64,000 nucleotides of DNA from Thermoanaerobaculia bacterium (lineage in GTDB: Bacteria > Acidobacteriota > Thermoanaerobaculia > UBA5066), in NCBI GenBank assembly GCA_038245905.1, contig JBBRRY010000009.1:1-64000 (forward strand). Reading direction: 5' to 3'. This document shows positions 30,348 through 39,772 of the stretch, in pieces (the first letter of the stretch is position 1; each line of letters starts with the position of its first letter). The position numbers were made by a program, and so were the translations under genes. The notes under the pieces are model-generated. The model was not told the origin of the DNA. It ran no database searches and saw only the letters and a program-made list of their open reading frames with translations.

Positions 30348-31631
30348 TTAGGAGCCATCTCCGTGGGACGGCTGATGCTCGGGGCGGAGGAGGTCGAGGA
30401 TCGTCTTGACTGGCGCGAACGTCTCCCCGGGCACCTCGACGAAGACCGTCTCCCAGTGCGCCATGGCCCCGTTCCAGAGCCCGGGCCTCTCGAGAGCGAG
30501 GAGCGCCCGGCCCTCGTGGGTTTTTTTCGCGACGAAGACAGCCTTCTCGTCCACGAAGCGCGAGAGTTCGAACGGCCGGCCGGCCCCGTCGCGAATCGAG
30601 CAGACGAGGTCCACCGGGTTGAAGTGGGTCGCCCTGCCCCAGATCGCCGCCTGTCCTGAATCCGCGAGGTCCACCTGCGCCGACTCGACGATCTGCCGCG
30701 ACTCTCCGTCTGGCCCGTCGACCCAGAACGGCCCGCCGCCCGGCTCGCCCGTGTTGCGCACCACGCCCGCGATGCGGAGCGGACGGTCCCGCGGGCGCCG
30801 ACGCTCGATCTTCACGAGAAGGCCGCTGAGGAGCCGCTTCCAGAGAATCGTCGGCGCGCGGAGGTGGTCGGGGACGACGTTGTCGATGTTCTTCACGAGC
30901 ACGACGTCGCCGCCGGTCTCCTGCAGGTTCCGGAGGAGGGCGCCGTGGCCGCCGGGCCGCAAGAGGATCCGCCCCTCCGCATCCCGGAAGAGGCGCCCGG
31001 ACTCGTCGAGCGCGACGGTGTCGGTGGACGGCGACTGCTCGGAGAACCTGACGTCGAAACGCGCGCCCGTCTCGCGCTCGAGGCGCGGCCTCGCGCTCTC
31101 GAGAGCCGACGCGAACGCGGCGCGGTGGTCGGGAGAGACGGTGACGTGAAGGCGGCAGACGCCGTTCGCGTCGCGGACGGTCGCCGCGGCTTCGGCGAGG
31201 TGCTCCTCGAAAGGCGTCCGGGACGCTTCACCATAGCGATGGAAAGGCAGCAGGCCCTTGGGGAGCGCGGCGAGCGTATCCACGTTGTCCGCCGAAAATG
31301 CGAACCTGTGCCGGTTCTCCTCGAAACGGCGCACGTCCTCGTCGCCGGGGCCGGAGGACTTCAGGAACGCGAACATGCGGCTTGCGGCTCCGGACGCGGG
31401 CACGAACTTCGAGAGCCGTCCGGCGTGCGCCGCCTCGTCGGCGAGGGCGAGGAGCTCGGGGTATTCACTTTCGGCGATCCTCTCGACGCCCTCCGAGATC
31501 GTGCACGGACGCACGAGCCGAACGGCGGGCGGAGGGTCGCGAAGGAGAGCCGCCTGCCGCTCGACCTCATTGGTCGTCAGACCGCTCGCGGCGATCCGGT
31601 CCTGGTCGGCGGGAGAAAGCTCCACGTGCAT
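30348..31631 (-). CDS. DUF4301 family protein (nucleotidyltransferase-like fold)
   Basis: KFVPASGAASRMF, PKGLLPFH, RPGGHGALL, KNIDNV, GEPGGGPFW, THFNPVD, PGLWNG. Confidence 0.88.
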   Translation of the reverse strand: MHVELSPADQDRIAASGLTTNEVERQAALLRDPPPAVRLVRPCTISEGVERIAESEYPELLALADEAAHAGRLSKFVPASGAASRMFAFLKSSGPGDEDVRRFEENRHRFAFSADNVDTLAALPKGLLPFHRYGEASRTPFEEHLAEAAATVRDANGVCRLHVTVSPDHRAAFASALESARPRLERETGARFDVRFSEQSPSTDTVALDESGRLFRDAEGRILLRPGGHGALLRNLQETGGDVVLVKNIDNVVPDHLRAPTILWKRLLSGLLVKIERRRPRDRPLRIAGVVRNTGEPGGGPFWVDGPDGESRQIVESAQVDLADSGQAAIWGRATHFNPVDLVCSIRDGAGRPFELSRFVDEKAVFVAKKTHEGRALLALERPGLWNGAMAHWETVFVEVPGETFAPVKTILDLLRPEHQPSHGDGS

Positions 31632-31654
31632 CGCTCTCAGGATAACCTTGCGTC
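31632..31654. promoter_or_regulatory. overlapping bidirectional -10 boxes for leaderless DUF4301 and ppa
   Basis: - TATCCT 31644-31639 is 7 nt from ATG; + TAACCT 31643-31648 is 6 nt from ATG. Confidence 0.6.
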
Positions 31655-32272
31655 ATGGACGTCCCGGCGCAGTTCGCGGCCCACCCGTGGCACGGCGTGG
31701 ATCCCGGCCCCGATTTTCCCGGGGCGTTCACGGCCTTCATCGAGATCGTCCCGACGGACACGGTGAAGTACGAGCTCGACAAGGCGACCGGCATCCTCAA
31801 GGTCGACCGGCCGCAGCTTTTCTCGAACGTGTGCCCAACGCTCTATGGTCTCGTCCCGCGAACGTTCTGCGGGCCCCGTGTCGCCAGGCTCTGCGAGGAC
31901 AAGACGGGCCGCTCGGGTCTCAAGGGCGACGGCGATCCGATGGACGTCTGCGTCCTTACGGAGAAGCCCATCACGCATGCGCAGATCCTCGTCCTGGCCG
32001 TTCCGATCGGCGGCCTCAGGATGCTCGACAACGACGAGGTCGACGACAAGATCCTCGCGGTCCTGAAGGGCGATGCTGTGTACGGCGCCCTCACGGACGT
32101 CGCGGAGATGCCGGGGTCCCTCGTGGACCGGCTGCGTCACTACTTCCTGACATACAAGCAGAAGCCCGGCGGGTCGACGCCGGCCGTCGAGATCACGCAC
32201 GTCTACGGCCGCGACGAGGCTCTCTCGGTCCTCGAGGCCAGCCGCGACGACTACCGCGCCCGCTTCGGCTGA
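31655..32272 (+). CDS. ppa: inorganic pyrophosphatase (family I)
   Basis: HPWHG, KYELDK, YG..PRT, DGDPMDV, DDKI, YK. Confidence 0.95.
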   Translation: MDVPAQFAAHPWHGVDPGPDFPGAFTAFIEIVPTDTVKYELDKATGILKVDRPQLFSNVCPTLYGLVPRTFCGPRVARLCEDKTGRSGLKGDGDPMDVCVLTEKPITHAQILVLAVPIGGLRMLDNDEVDDKILAVLKGDAVYGALTDVAEMPGSLVDRLRHYFLTYKQKPGGSTPAVEITHVYGRDEALSVLEASRDDYRARFG

Positions 32273-32293
32273 GAGGCGCGGAGGCTCAGGCCC

Positions 32294-33190
32294 TCAGAGG
32301 TGCGCCGCTTCCCACGCCGCGAAGTACGTCTCGACCTCGTCCTCGAAGCCGCCGTGCGTGGGCTGCCAGCCGAGCCTCGCGACGGCCTTCCTCGAGTCTA
32401 CGTGCTGATCGAGCGCGAGCGCGTCGGCGAAGCCGCCCATCTTCTTCCGCGCCTCGTCGAGCGGGACCCAGCGGATCTCTCCCGTGAAGCCGGCCGCGCG
32501 GGCGGCGGCGACGGCGAGACGCCGGACGGGCGCGCGTGAGCGGTCCGTCACGTTGAAAATCTCGCCCCCGAGACCGCTCGACGCCGCCCGCACGTATGCG
32601 TCGGCGCAGTCGTCGGCATGCACGGTCGCCCAGCGGTTGTGGCCGTCACCGGGCATCTCGAGAGATCCCGCGGCGGCCCCACCGAACAACATCGCGGTGA
32701 TGCTTCCGCCGTAGCCGTACACGCAGCCCGGGCGCAGAACGATGCCCTTCACGCCCGCGGCCGACAGAACGCGCTTTTCGATCTCCACGCGCGGCAGGCT
32801 CATCGCGAGCGGCGCGAGGGGAGTCGTCTCGTCGGCGAGGCGGTCGCCCGTCGGGCCGTAAACCCAGACGCCGCTCGTGTAGAGGAGCGTCTTGGGAGAC
32901 GCGCCCTTGCCGGCGAGCGCGAGAAGGCCCTCGACGGCGTCGCGGTCCGCGGCCCACACGTCGGCCTTAGAGTCAGAAGCCACGTGGACGAGGACGGACG
33001 CGTCCTGGGCGCCCTTCCATGAGCCGGGATCCTGGATGGTTCCGAGGACGGGCCGGATCTCGTGCCGGTCGAGGCGGGTCGCCCCCGCCTCAGACCGCGT
33101 CAGGCCCAGAACGTGATGTCCCGCGCGCCGGAAGGCGTGCGCGACGCGGAATCCGAGGTGGCCGGTGGCACCCGTGATGAAGATTCTCAT
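32294..33190 (-). CDS. NAD-dependent epimerase/dehydratase family (atypical SDR)
   Basis: TGATGHLG, YTSGVWVYG, VHADD.A.AY. Confidence 0.9.
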   Translation of the reverse strand: MRIFITGATGHLGFRVAHAFRRAGHHVLGLTRSEAGATRLDRHEIRPVLGTIQDPGSWKGAQDASVLVHVASDSKADVWAADRDAVEGLLALAGKGASPKTLLYTSGVWVYGPTGDRLADETTPLAPLAMSLPRVEIEKRVLSAAGVKGIVLRPGCVYGYGGSITAMLFGGAAAGSLEMPGDGHNRWATVHADDCADAYVRAASSGLGGEIFNVTDRSRAPVRRLAVAAARAAGFTGEIRWVPLDEARKKMGGFADALALDQHVDSRKAVARLGWQPTHGGFEDEVETYFAAWEAAHL

Positions 33191-33222
33191 GAAGGTGAGC
33201 TTATCCTTCCCGCGGAGGCTTC

Positions 33223-33627
33223 ATGGCCACCGATTCCAGAGACGTGCCGCCGGACGACCTGCACGGGATCGCGGAGGATCTCGGCATCCCGAAGGGCGAG
33301 CGGCACATTTTTCTCTGCTGCGAGCAGACGAAGCCCAAGTGCTGCGAGAGAGATCGTGCGAACGAGGCCTGGGCCTTCCTGAAAGGACGCCTCACGGAGC
33401 TGGGCCTTTCGACGAGCGGCCACGTGCAACGCACGAAAGCGAACTGCCTCAGGATCTGCGCCGGCGGGCCCATCGCGGTGGTTTATCCCGAGGGTGTCTG
33501 GTACCGCGCCTGTGACCCGCCCGTTCTCGAGCGGATCATCCAGGAGCATCTCTTGGGCGGGCGGCCCGTCCTGGAATTCGTGATCGTGGCGCACCCGTTG
33601 ACCGGAGGCGGAGGCACCGGCTCGTGA
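33223..33627 (+). CDS. thioredoxin-like [2Fe-2S] ferredoxin
   Basis: HIFLCC..TKPKCC; [20 protein letters not shown]. Confidence 0.9.
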   Translation: MATDSRDVPPDDLHGIAEDLGIPKGERHIFLCCEQTKPKCCERDRANEAWAFLKGRLTELGLSTSGHVQRTKANCLRICAGGPIAVVYPEGVWYRACDPPVLERIIQEHLLGGRPVLEFVIVAHPLTGGGGTGS

Positions 33628-33628
33628 G

Positions 33629-34165
33629 CTACTTCGCGATGAACTTCATCGCGGTCCCGTTCATGCAGTAGCGCAGACCCGTGGGCTTCGGCCCGTCGTC
33701 GAAGACGTGGCCGAGGTGGGCGTCGCAGCGGCGGCACATCACCTCTGTGCGGACGCTGAAGAAGCTCCGGTCCTCTTCCGTCTTCACCGCGTTCGGCGCG
33801 ATCGGCTGCCAGAAGCTGGGCCAGCCGGTGCCGGACTCGAATTTCGCGCCGGCGTCGAAGAGCGGCAGATCACAGCAAACGCAGGCGTACGTTCCCTTCG
33901 AATGGTTGTCCCAGTTCGGGCCCGTGAACGCGCGCTCGGTGCCCTTCTTTCTGGTGACGTGGAACTGCTCGGGTGTGAGGAGCTTCTTCCACTCGGCTTC
34001 GGTCTTGACGACCCGATCGCCGGGGGCGGCGGTATCCGGCATGGCGGATCCTTTCTGGACTGGGCTCTTTTCGGCGCCCGACGAGCCGATCGCGGCGAGC
34101 ACGCCGGCGCCGACGAGGATCGGGAGGGTGAGGGCGAGGAAATCGCGGCGTCTCATGGGGGTCAT
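33629..34165 (-). CDS. msrB: peptide-methionine (R)-S-oxide reductase with Tat-like signal
   Basis: [32 protein letters not shown]; N-terminal RRRDFL; start uncertain (34156-34171). Confidence 0.95.
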   Translation of the reverse strand: MTPMRRRDFLALTLPILVGAGVLAAIGSSGAEKSPVQKGSAMPDTAAPGDRVVKTEAEWKKLLTPEQFHVTRKKGTERAFTGPNWDNHSKGTYACVCCDLPLFDAGAKFESGTGWPSFWQPIAPNAVKTEEDRSFFSVRTEVMCRRCDAHLGHVFDDGPKPTGLRYCMNGTAMKFIAK

Positions 34166-34172
34166 GCTCACA

Positions 34173-35636
34173 CTACGAAATGCGTTCCGCGCCCGGATTA
34201 TTCCTTCCGGCGTCCGCGAGGATCTTCCGCGCCGCCTCCCGGAGGTCCTCGACGGCCATGCGGATGCGATCGGCGTGGGTCCGGAAGCTCAGGATGCACA
34301 TGCGAATCGCGAAGTCCTCGCCGAGGAGCGTGCCCGTCAGGAGGACCCGCTGCCGGGCGTTCACTCGGTCCATGAGATCCCGGTTCATGCGATTCAGTTC
34401 GGCGCGCGAGGCGCCGGCGCCTGTGAGGCGGAACGCAAAGAGCGACAGCTGCGGCTCGGCCACGATCGTCATGCCGGGGATCCCCCGCACGCCTTCGGCC
34501 GCCTCCCTTGCGAGGTCGAGCTTCTCGTCGAGCGACGCGCGGAAGGCCGCGAGGCCGCACAACTTGATCGGGAGCCACACGCCGAGTCCCCGGAAGTTGC
34601 GCGAGAGCTCGGGCGAGATCTCGCAGAAGTCAACGGAGTCCGGGTCGTCCTGCATGCCAGGCATGTAGTGCGCGGAGACGCTGTGTGAGCGGCGGAGCGC
34701 GCCTGGGTCCTTCACGAGGAGACAGCCGGCTCCGTAAGGCATGAAGAGGCCCTTGTGCGGATCGAGCACGATCGAGTCGGCGCGCGCGAGGCCGAGGAGG
34801 GCCGCACGACCCCGCGTGGTCAGCGCGAAGAAACCTCCGTAGGCGGCATCGGCGTGCAGCCAGAGACCCTCGTCTTCCGCGAAGTCTGCGAGCGCGGCGA
34901 GATCGTCGACGGCGCCGGTGTTCGTCGTGCCCGCGCTCTCGACGACGAGGAACGGCGTGAACCCGGAGGCACGGTCCTCGGCCACTCGGTCCCGGAGGGC
35001 GTCGAGACGCATGCGGAACGCTGCATCGGACGGAATCTCGCGCACGTTCGCTGGGGGAAAGCCCGCGAGGAGCGCGGCCTTGCGGACGCAGTGGTGGCCC
35101 TGGTCGGACACGTAAAGCGTGCCCTTGAGAAAATTCTCGGGCAGCTTCTCGTGGCGGGCCGCGACGAGCGCGGAGAAGTTTGCAAGAGATCCGCCCGACG
35201 TCAGGAATCCGCCGGCGCTCTCTGGATAGCCCACGGCGCGCGCGAACCAGCGGATCACGTTCGTCTCGAGCTGGACGAGGGCCGGTGCCGGAGCGAAGAC
35301 GCCCACGTAGCGGTTCACGGCCGACGAGATGAGGTCCGCGGCCGCGGCGTAAGGCTGCCCGCCTCCGGGGATGTACGCGAGAAATCCCGGCCCGGCATTG
35401 TTGAAGCTCGCGGGAATCGCCTTCTCGAACAGCAAGTCGAGGAGCGGTCCCGCGGGCGTGCCGTCCTCGGGTGGCTCCCGTTCGATCAGCGCACGTGCGA
35501 GGACCTCAGCCCCTGCGGTCCCGTCGGCGGGCTTGGAAGAAAGAGAGCCGACGTGAAGGACGACGCGCCGGACGGCCTCGTCGAGAACGGCGTGCAGCTC
35601 TTCGTCCGAGGGCTCGAGGGGGAAGAACTGGGTCAT
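34173..35636 (-). CDS. PLP-dependent group II (aromatic amino acid) decarboxylase
   Basis: [34 protein letters not shown]. Confidence 0.9.
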   Translation of the reverse strand: MTQFFPLEPSDEELHAVLDEAVRRVVLHVGSLSSKPADGTAGAEVLARALIEREPPEDGTPAGPLLDLLFEKAIPASFNNAGPGFLAYIPGGGQPYAAAADLISSAVNRYVGVFAPAPALVQLETNVIRWFARAVGYPESAGGFLTSGGSLANFSALVAARHEKLPENFLKGTLYVSDQGHHCVRKAALLAGFPPANVREIPSDAAFRMRLDALRDRVAEDRASGFTPFLVVESAGTTNTGAVDDLAALADFAEDEGLWLHADAAYGGFFALTTRGRAALLGLARADSIVLDPHKGLFMPYGAGCLLVKDPGALRRSHSVSAHYMPGMQDDPDSVDFCEISPELSRNFRGLGVWLPIKLCGLAAFRASLDEKLDLAREAAEGVRGIPGMTIVAEPQLSLFAFRLTGAGASRAELNRMNRDLMDRVNARQRVLLTGTLLGEDFAIRMCILSFRTHADRIRMAVEDLREAARKILADAGRNNPGAERIS

Positions 35637-35640
35637 GGCG

Positions 35641-36954
35641 TCAGGTGCCGAGGCGCGCCCGGATCTGCGCGGCGAGATCCGAGGCGACGGCGTCGACGAG
35701 CACGCTGTCCGCACCCTCGACCATGACGCGTGCAAGGGCCTCGGTGCCCGAGTAGCGCAGGAGGATCCGCCCATTGCCCGACATCCGCTCCTCGGCCGCG
35801 CGCCGCGCGTCGGCGAAGCCCGGGATCTCGTCGAAGGGGAGGCGCTCTCGGACCCTCACGTTCACGAGGACCTGCGGCGTGTGGACGAAGCGGGGCTGCT
35901 CCGAGAGCTTCTTCCCCGAGGCGGCGAGCAGCGCCGCGAGATGCAGTCCCGTCAGCGTGCCATCGCCCGTCGTCGTGAGATCGGCCCGGATGAGGTGCCC
36001 CGATTGCTCGCCGCCCAGGATCGCGCCGGTCTTCTCCATCTCCTCGACGACGTAGCGGTCGCCGACGGCCGCGCGGATGAGGCGGACCCCCCGGCGTCTC
36101 AGCGCACTCTCGAGCCCCCAGTTCGACATGACCGTGCCCACGACGGCCGCGGGCTTGCGGCCCTCGCGCTCGAGCTCGAGAGTCCAGAGATACAGGACGT
36201 CGTCGCCGTCGAGGAGCGTCCCTTTGTCGTCGGCCACGATGATGCGGTCCGCGTCGCCGTCGAGCGCGATCCCGAGATCGGCGCTCGTCTCGACGACGGC
36301 GCGCGCCATGCCCGCGGGATGCATCGCGCCGCAGCCTTCGTTGATGTTCCGCCCGTCGGGCGCGATGTTCCGCGTGACGACTTCGGCGCCCGAGGCGCGA
36401 AACGCGGCGGGCGCGACCTCGAAGGCAGCACCGTGCGCGGCGTCGACGACGACACGCAGGCCGTCGAGGCGGTGGGGAAGGCTGCCCGCGAGGTGTGTCA
36501 CGTAGGCCGGAGCGAGGGTCGCCTCGCGGGCGGCGCCCGCGGGCGCCGCAGAGGCCGCGGCCTCGATCCGCCGCTCGATCGCGGCCTCGACGTCGTCGGG
36601 GAGCTTGCGGCCCTCGCCGGAAAAGATCTTGATCCCGTTGTCCCGCCAGGGATTGTGAGAGGCCGAGATCGAGACTCCGGCGTCGGCGCCGAGCTTTCGC
36701 GTCAGCCAGGCCACGGCCGGTGTCGGGACAACGCCGGCGAAACGCACCGAGCCGCCTTCCGCGATGATCCCTCCTGTGAGGGCGGCCACGATGCCCTCGG
36801 AGGATTCCCGCGTATCACATCCGACGAGGACCGAGGCGCCATGCCGTCCGAGAGACGTTGAGAGCGCGGCTCCCACTTTCGAGACCGTGGCCGCGTCGAG
36901 CGGCGGAACGCCGGCTTCGCCGCGGATGCCGTCGGTGCCGAAGAGAGGGCGCAT
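35641..36954 (-). CDS. glmM: phosphoglucosamine mutase
   Basis: FGTDGIRG, SASHNP, DGDADR, GGEQSGH, RYSGTE. Confidence 0.96.
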   Translation of the reverse strand: MRPLFGTDGIRGEAGVPPLDAATVSKVGAALSTSLGRHGASVLVGCDTRESSEGIVAALTGGIIAEGGSVRFAGVVPTPAVAWLTRKLGADAGVSISASHNPWRDNGIKIFSGEGRKLPDDVEAAIERRIEAAASAAPAGAAREATLAPAYVTHLAGSLPHRLDGLRVVVDAAHGAAFEVAPAAFRASGAEVVTRNIAPDGRNINEGCGAMHPAGMARAVVETSADLGIALDGDADRIIVADDKGTLLDGDDVLYLWTLELEREGRKPAAVVGTVMSNWGLESALRRRGVRLIRAAVGDRYVVEEMEKTGAILGGEQSGHLIRADLTTTGDGTLTGLHLAALLAASGKKLSEQPRFVHTPQVLVNVRVRERLPFDEIPGFADARRAAEERMSGNGRILLRYSGTEALARVMVEGADSVLVDAVASDLAAQIRARLGT

Positions 36955-36966
36955 CGAGGGCCGATG

Positions 36967-37860
36967 TTACGTGACGCGGTGCCCCGCGGCTTCGCCGATT
37001 CTCGCGAGTGCCGCGAGGAACCGGAGCGTCTCTTCGACGTCGTGGACGCGGACGAGGACGGGGCGCGTCCGCGCCGATTCGGCACAGAGAGCCGCCGCCG
37101 CGAGCGACTCGGGCAGGCGTTCGTGCACGGCCGCCCCCGCGATCGTCCCGAGGAACGCCTTGCGGGACGCACCGACGACGAGCGGGACGCCGGGAGACGC
37201 GAGTCGGTCCAGCGCGCCGAGGAGCGCAAAGTTCTGTTCGGGCGTCTTGCCGAATCCGAGACCCGGGTCGAGGAAGATTCTCTGCTCGGAAATTCCGGAA
37301 GAGATCGCGCGGGCGCGCGCCGTCTCCAGGTCCATGGCCGCTTCTCGTGTCACGTTCTGGAAAGAGGATTCTTTGAAGGTGGAAGAGGGAGTTCCGCGGC
37401 AATGGTTCAGCACGATCGCGGCGCCGCGGCTCGCAACGAGATCGAGGAGATCTGCGGAGACGTCGAGTCCGGTGACGACGTTGACCATGTCCGCGCCCGC
37501 GTCGAGCGCCGCGCGGGCCACCTCGACGCGCCGCGTGTCAATCGAGAGAGGAAGAGACGGAAGATTTCTTCGAAGGGAAGAGAGGATGGGAAGCACGCGG
37601 TCGATCTCTTCACTCGAGGAAATCTCTTTCGCGCCCTCTCCGTAAGCGCTGCCCCCGGGGCGTGTGCTCTCCCCCCCCACGTCTACGATTGCCGCGCCGA
37701 GGTCCGCGTATCGCGCGCCCTCTTCCGCCGCCTCCTCCGCGCTCGCGAAGCGGCCGCCGTCGCTGAAGGAGTCCGGCGTGACGTTCAGGATCGCCATGAC
37801 GCCGGGGAGCGGCCCGAGGGCGAGCGTGCGGCCCGAGCCGAACTTCAGGACGGAGGTCAT
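36967..37860 (-). CDS. folP: dihydropteroate synthase
   Basis: ILNVTPDSFSDGG, GGESTRPG, SIDT, DPGLGFGK, GASRK, RVHDV. Confidence 0.95.
   Translation of the reverse strand: MTSVLKFGSGRTLALGPLPGVMAILNVTPDSFSDGGRFASAEEAAEEGARYADLGAAIVDVGGESTRPGGSAYGEGAKEISSSEEIDRVLPILSSLRRNLPSLPLSIDTRRVEVARAALDAGADMVNVVTGLDVSADLLDLVASRGAAIVLNHCRGTPSSTFKESSFQNVTREAAMDLETARARAISSGISEQRIFLDPGLGFGKTPEQNFALLGALDRLASPGVPLVVGASRKAFLGTIAGAAVHERLPESLAAAALCAESARTRPVLVRVHDVEETLRFLAALARIGEAAGHRVT
37361..37630. repeat. intragenic AT-rich motif cluster in folP
   Basis: + GGATTCTTTGAAGGTGGAAGAG at 37366; + GATTTCTTCGAAGGGAAGAG at 37563; - GATTTCCTCGAGTGAAGA at 37624-37607. Confidence 0.65.
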
Positions 37861-37877
37861 CCCGCTATTATCCGGGC
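37861..37877. promoter_or_regulatory. overlapping bidirectional -10 boxes (folP / FAD oxidoreductase)
   Basis: 17-bp gap between divergent ATGs; + TATTAT 37866-71 and - GATAAT 37872-67, each 6 nt from its ATG. Confidence 0.6.
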
Positions 37878-39095
37878 ATGGAAGAACGCGACGTCGTCGT
37901 CGCGGGAGGCGGGATCGCGGGTCTCGCCTTCGCGCACCACGCGGCGGCGGCGGGCCGTTCCGTGCTCGTGTTCGAAGCGGGGACACGCGTCGGCGGCTGC
38001 CTGAACACGCGGCGCCTCGCGGACGGCTTCTGGTACGAGGCGGGTGCGCACACGGCCTACAACTCTTACGGGGCGTTTCTCGAGCTCGTCGAGGCCTGCG
38101 GTCTCATGGGCGGGATCCGCGCGCGCGGCGAGGCGCGTAAGCGCTTCGCCCTCCTGAAGGACGGCCGCATCTCGATGATGGGGCCCCTCTCCGTCTTCCT
38201 GAAGTTCGACCCCGTGGAGCTCCTTCTCACGGCGCCGTTCGGACTCTTCCGCTCTAAGGACGGCCGGACGACGGCCGAGGCGTACGGCGGCATCGTCGGG
38301 AGGCGCAACTATGCGAACGTCCTCTCGCCATTTCTCGCGGCCGTTCCGTCGCAGAACGCTGACGGCTTCCCGGCGCACGGGCCGGGCTCGTTGTTCAAGA
38401 CGCGCGCGCGGCGCAAGGACGTCGTGAAGAGCTTCACGCTGGAAGGCGGTCTCTCGGTGGTCGCCGACGCGCTCGCGCTAAGGCCGAACGTCGAGGTGCG
38501 GACGGGCGCGCCGGTGAAGAGCCTGCGCCGGGATGGCGCGGGATTCACCGTGACGCTCGAGGACGGCGCGGCCGTCACCGCGCGCACGGCCGCGCTCGCC
38601 GTGCCCCCGCCCGCGGCCGCGGCGCTCCTCGGGGACGGCAAGAGCGCGCTCGTGGCGGCGCTCTCGTCCATCGGCTCGGTACGCGTCGAGACCGTGGCGG
38701 TCGCGCTCCCGCGGGAGAAGACGGCTCTTCCCGAGATGGCGTTCCTCGTGCCGGTGAACGACCTCTTTCACTCGGCGGTCACGCGCGACCCCGTGCCCGG
38801 CGGGCGTCTGCGTGCCTTCGCGTTCCACTTCAAGCCCGGCCACGCGCGGGAGGAGAAGCTCGCGCGCATCGAGCAGGTCCTCGGCGCCTCGCGCGAGGCC
38901 TTCGTCGACATCGCGGAGTCCGCCGTCGTCCTCCCCGCGCCTGCCCGCGCGCACGCGGAGTCCGTAGCCGCAATCGACCGCGCCGTCGCGGGCTCGCGCC
39001 TCGCCGTGACGGGCAACTTCTTCGACGGCCTCGCCATCGAGGACTGCGTCCTGCGCTCGAAGGCCGAGTGGGCACGGGTGTCGGCGCTCGTGTAG
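37878..39095 (+). CDS. FAD-dependent oxidoreductase, protoporphyrinogen/coproporphyrinogen oxidase-like
   Basis: GGGIAG, RVGGCL, YEAGAHT, FTLEGGL, GNFFDGLAIEDCV. Confidence 0.8.
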   Translation: MEERDVVVAGGGIAGLAFAHHAAAAGRSVLVFEAGTRVGGCLNTRRLADGFWYEAGAHTAYNSYGAFLELVEACGLMGGIRARGEARKRFALLKDGRISMMGPLSVFLKFDPVELLLTAPFGLFRSKDGRTTAEAYGGIVGRRNYANVLSPFLAAVPSQNADGFPAHGPGSLFKTRARRKDVVKSFTLEGGLSVVADALALRPNVEVRTGAPVKSLRRDGAGFTVTLEDGAAVTARTAALAVPPPAAAALLGDGKSALVAALSSIGSVRVETVAVALPREKTALPEMAFLVPVNDLFHSAVTRDPVPGGRLRAFAFHFKPGHAREEKLARIEQVLGASREAFVDIAESAVVLPAPARAHAESVAAIDRAVAGSRLAVTGNFFDGLAIEDCVLRSKAEWARVSALV

Positions 39096-39111
39096 ACCGG
39101 ATCGGCGCCCG

Positions 39112-39504
39112 TCAGGCGCGGGCGATGTCCACGGGAAGGACCGTCGCGATGCGGGTGAAGTCTGAGTCCCGCGTGAGGAGCGTGTGCCGGGACTCGGCGG
39201 CAGTCAGCGCGATCAGGAGGTCGACGAGCGCGGCCTGCGTGCCGCGGCGCGCGAGCGCGAAGCGCGCTTCGGCGATCCGCGGCCAGGAGTCCGGCGGGTC
39301 GGAGAGGACGTCGACACCCTCGAACGCGGCTTTGAGCCGCTCGAACTCGACGCGCGTACGCGCTCCTGAAAGGACCTCCGCGAGGATCGGCCCGCAGACG
39401 GCGACACGGTCGGTCTCGAGCGCCGCGTCGATCCGGGAGACGACGCGCGGGTTTCCCCTGAAGAACTCGACCCAGACCGAGGAGTCGACGAGGAGGTCGC
39501 TCAC
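39112..39504 (-). CDS. vapC: PIN-domain toxin (VapC family)
   Basis: LVDSSVWV, ILAEV, VDLLIA, LLTRDSDF. Confidence 0.92.
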   Translation of the reverse strand: MSDLLVDSSVWVEFFRGNPRVVSRIDAALETDRVAVCGPILAEVLSGARTRVEFERLKAAFEGVDVLSDPPDSWPRIAEARFALARRGTQAALVDLLIALTAAESRHTLLTRDSDFTRIATVLPVDIARA

Positions 39505-39698
39505 GAAGGCCGCTGGCGCGCCTTCTTCAGGTCGATCTGAAGGTCCACGCGGCCCGCGAGGCGGCGCAGGTCTTCGCGCTTCGCTTTCCGGACGAGCTCG
39601 TGGAGGCCGGCGACGACGGTCTCGCGTTTCGTGGCGAGGCGCGCGGCCTTCCGCGCGTCTTCGAGGAGCTGCTCGGGGAGGTCAAAGGTCGTGCGCAT
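39501..39698 (-). CDS. vapB: VapB-type antitoxin
   Basis: MRTTFDLPEQLLEDA...TKRETV; GTGA overlap with vapC. Confidence 0.88.
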   Translation of the reverse strand: MRTTFDLPEQLLEDARKAARLATKRETVVAGLHELVRKAKREDLRRLAGRVDLQIDLKKARQRPS

Positions 39699-39736
39699 GC
39701 ACAAAGCATAAGAAAGTGCTGCATTTTATGCAACAC
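39697..39736 (-). promoter_or_regulatory. sigma70 promoter TTGCAT-17-TATGCT with palindromic operator
   Basis: -35 at 39733-39728, -10 at 39710-39705, 6 nt to ATG; inverted repeats TGCAT-TTT-ATGCA (39720-32) and ATGC-N5-GCAT (39697-709). Confidence 0.75.
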
Positions 39737-39772
39737 GCTGAACGAAAAGGACCGCCGACGCCCGTCGGACGG

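Noticed and set aside
37671-37678. C8 homopolymer in folP as a phase-variation tract
   Set aside because: It encodes the conserved VGGES motif of an essential gene and the frame is intact
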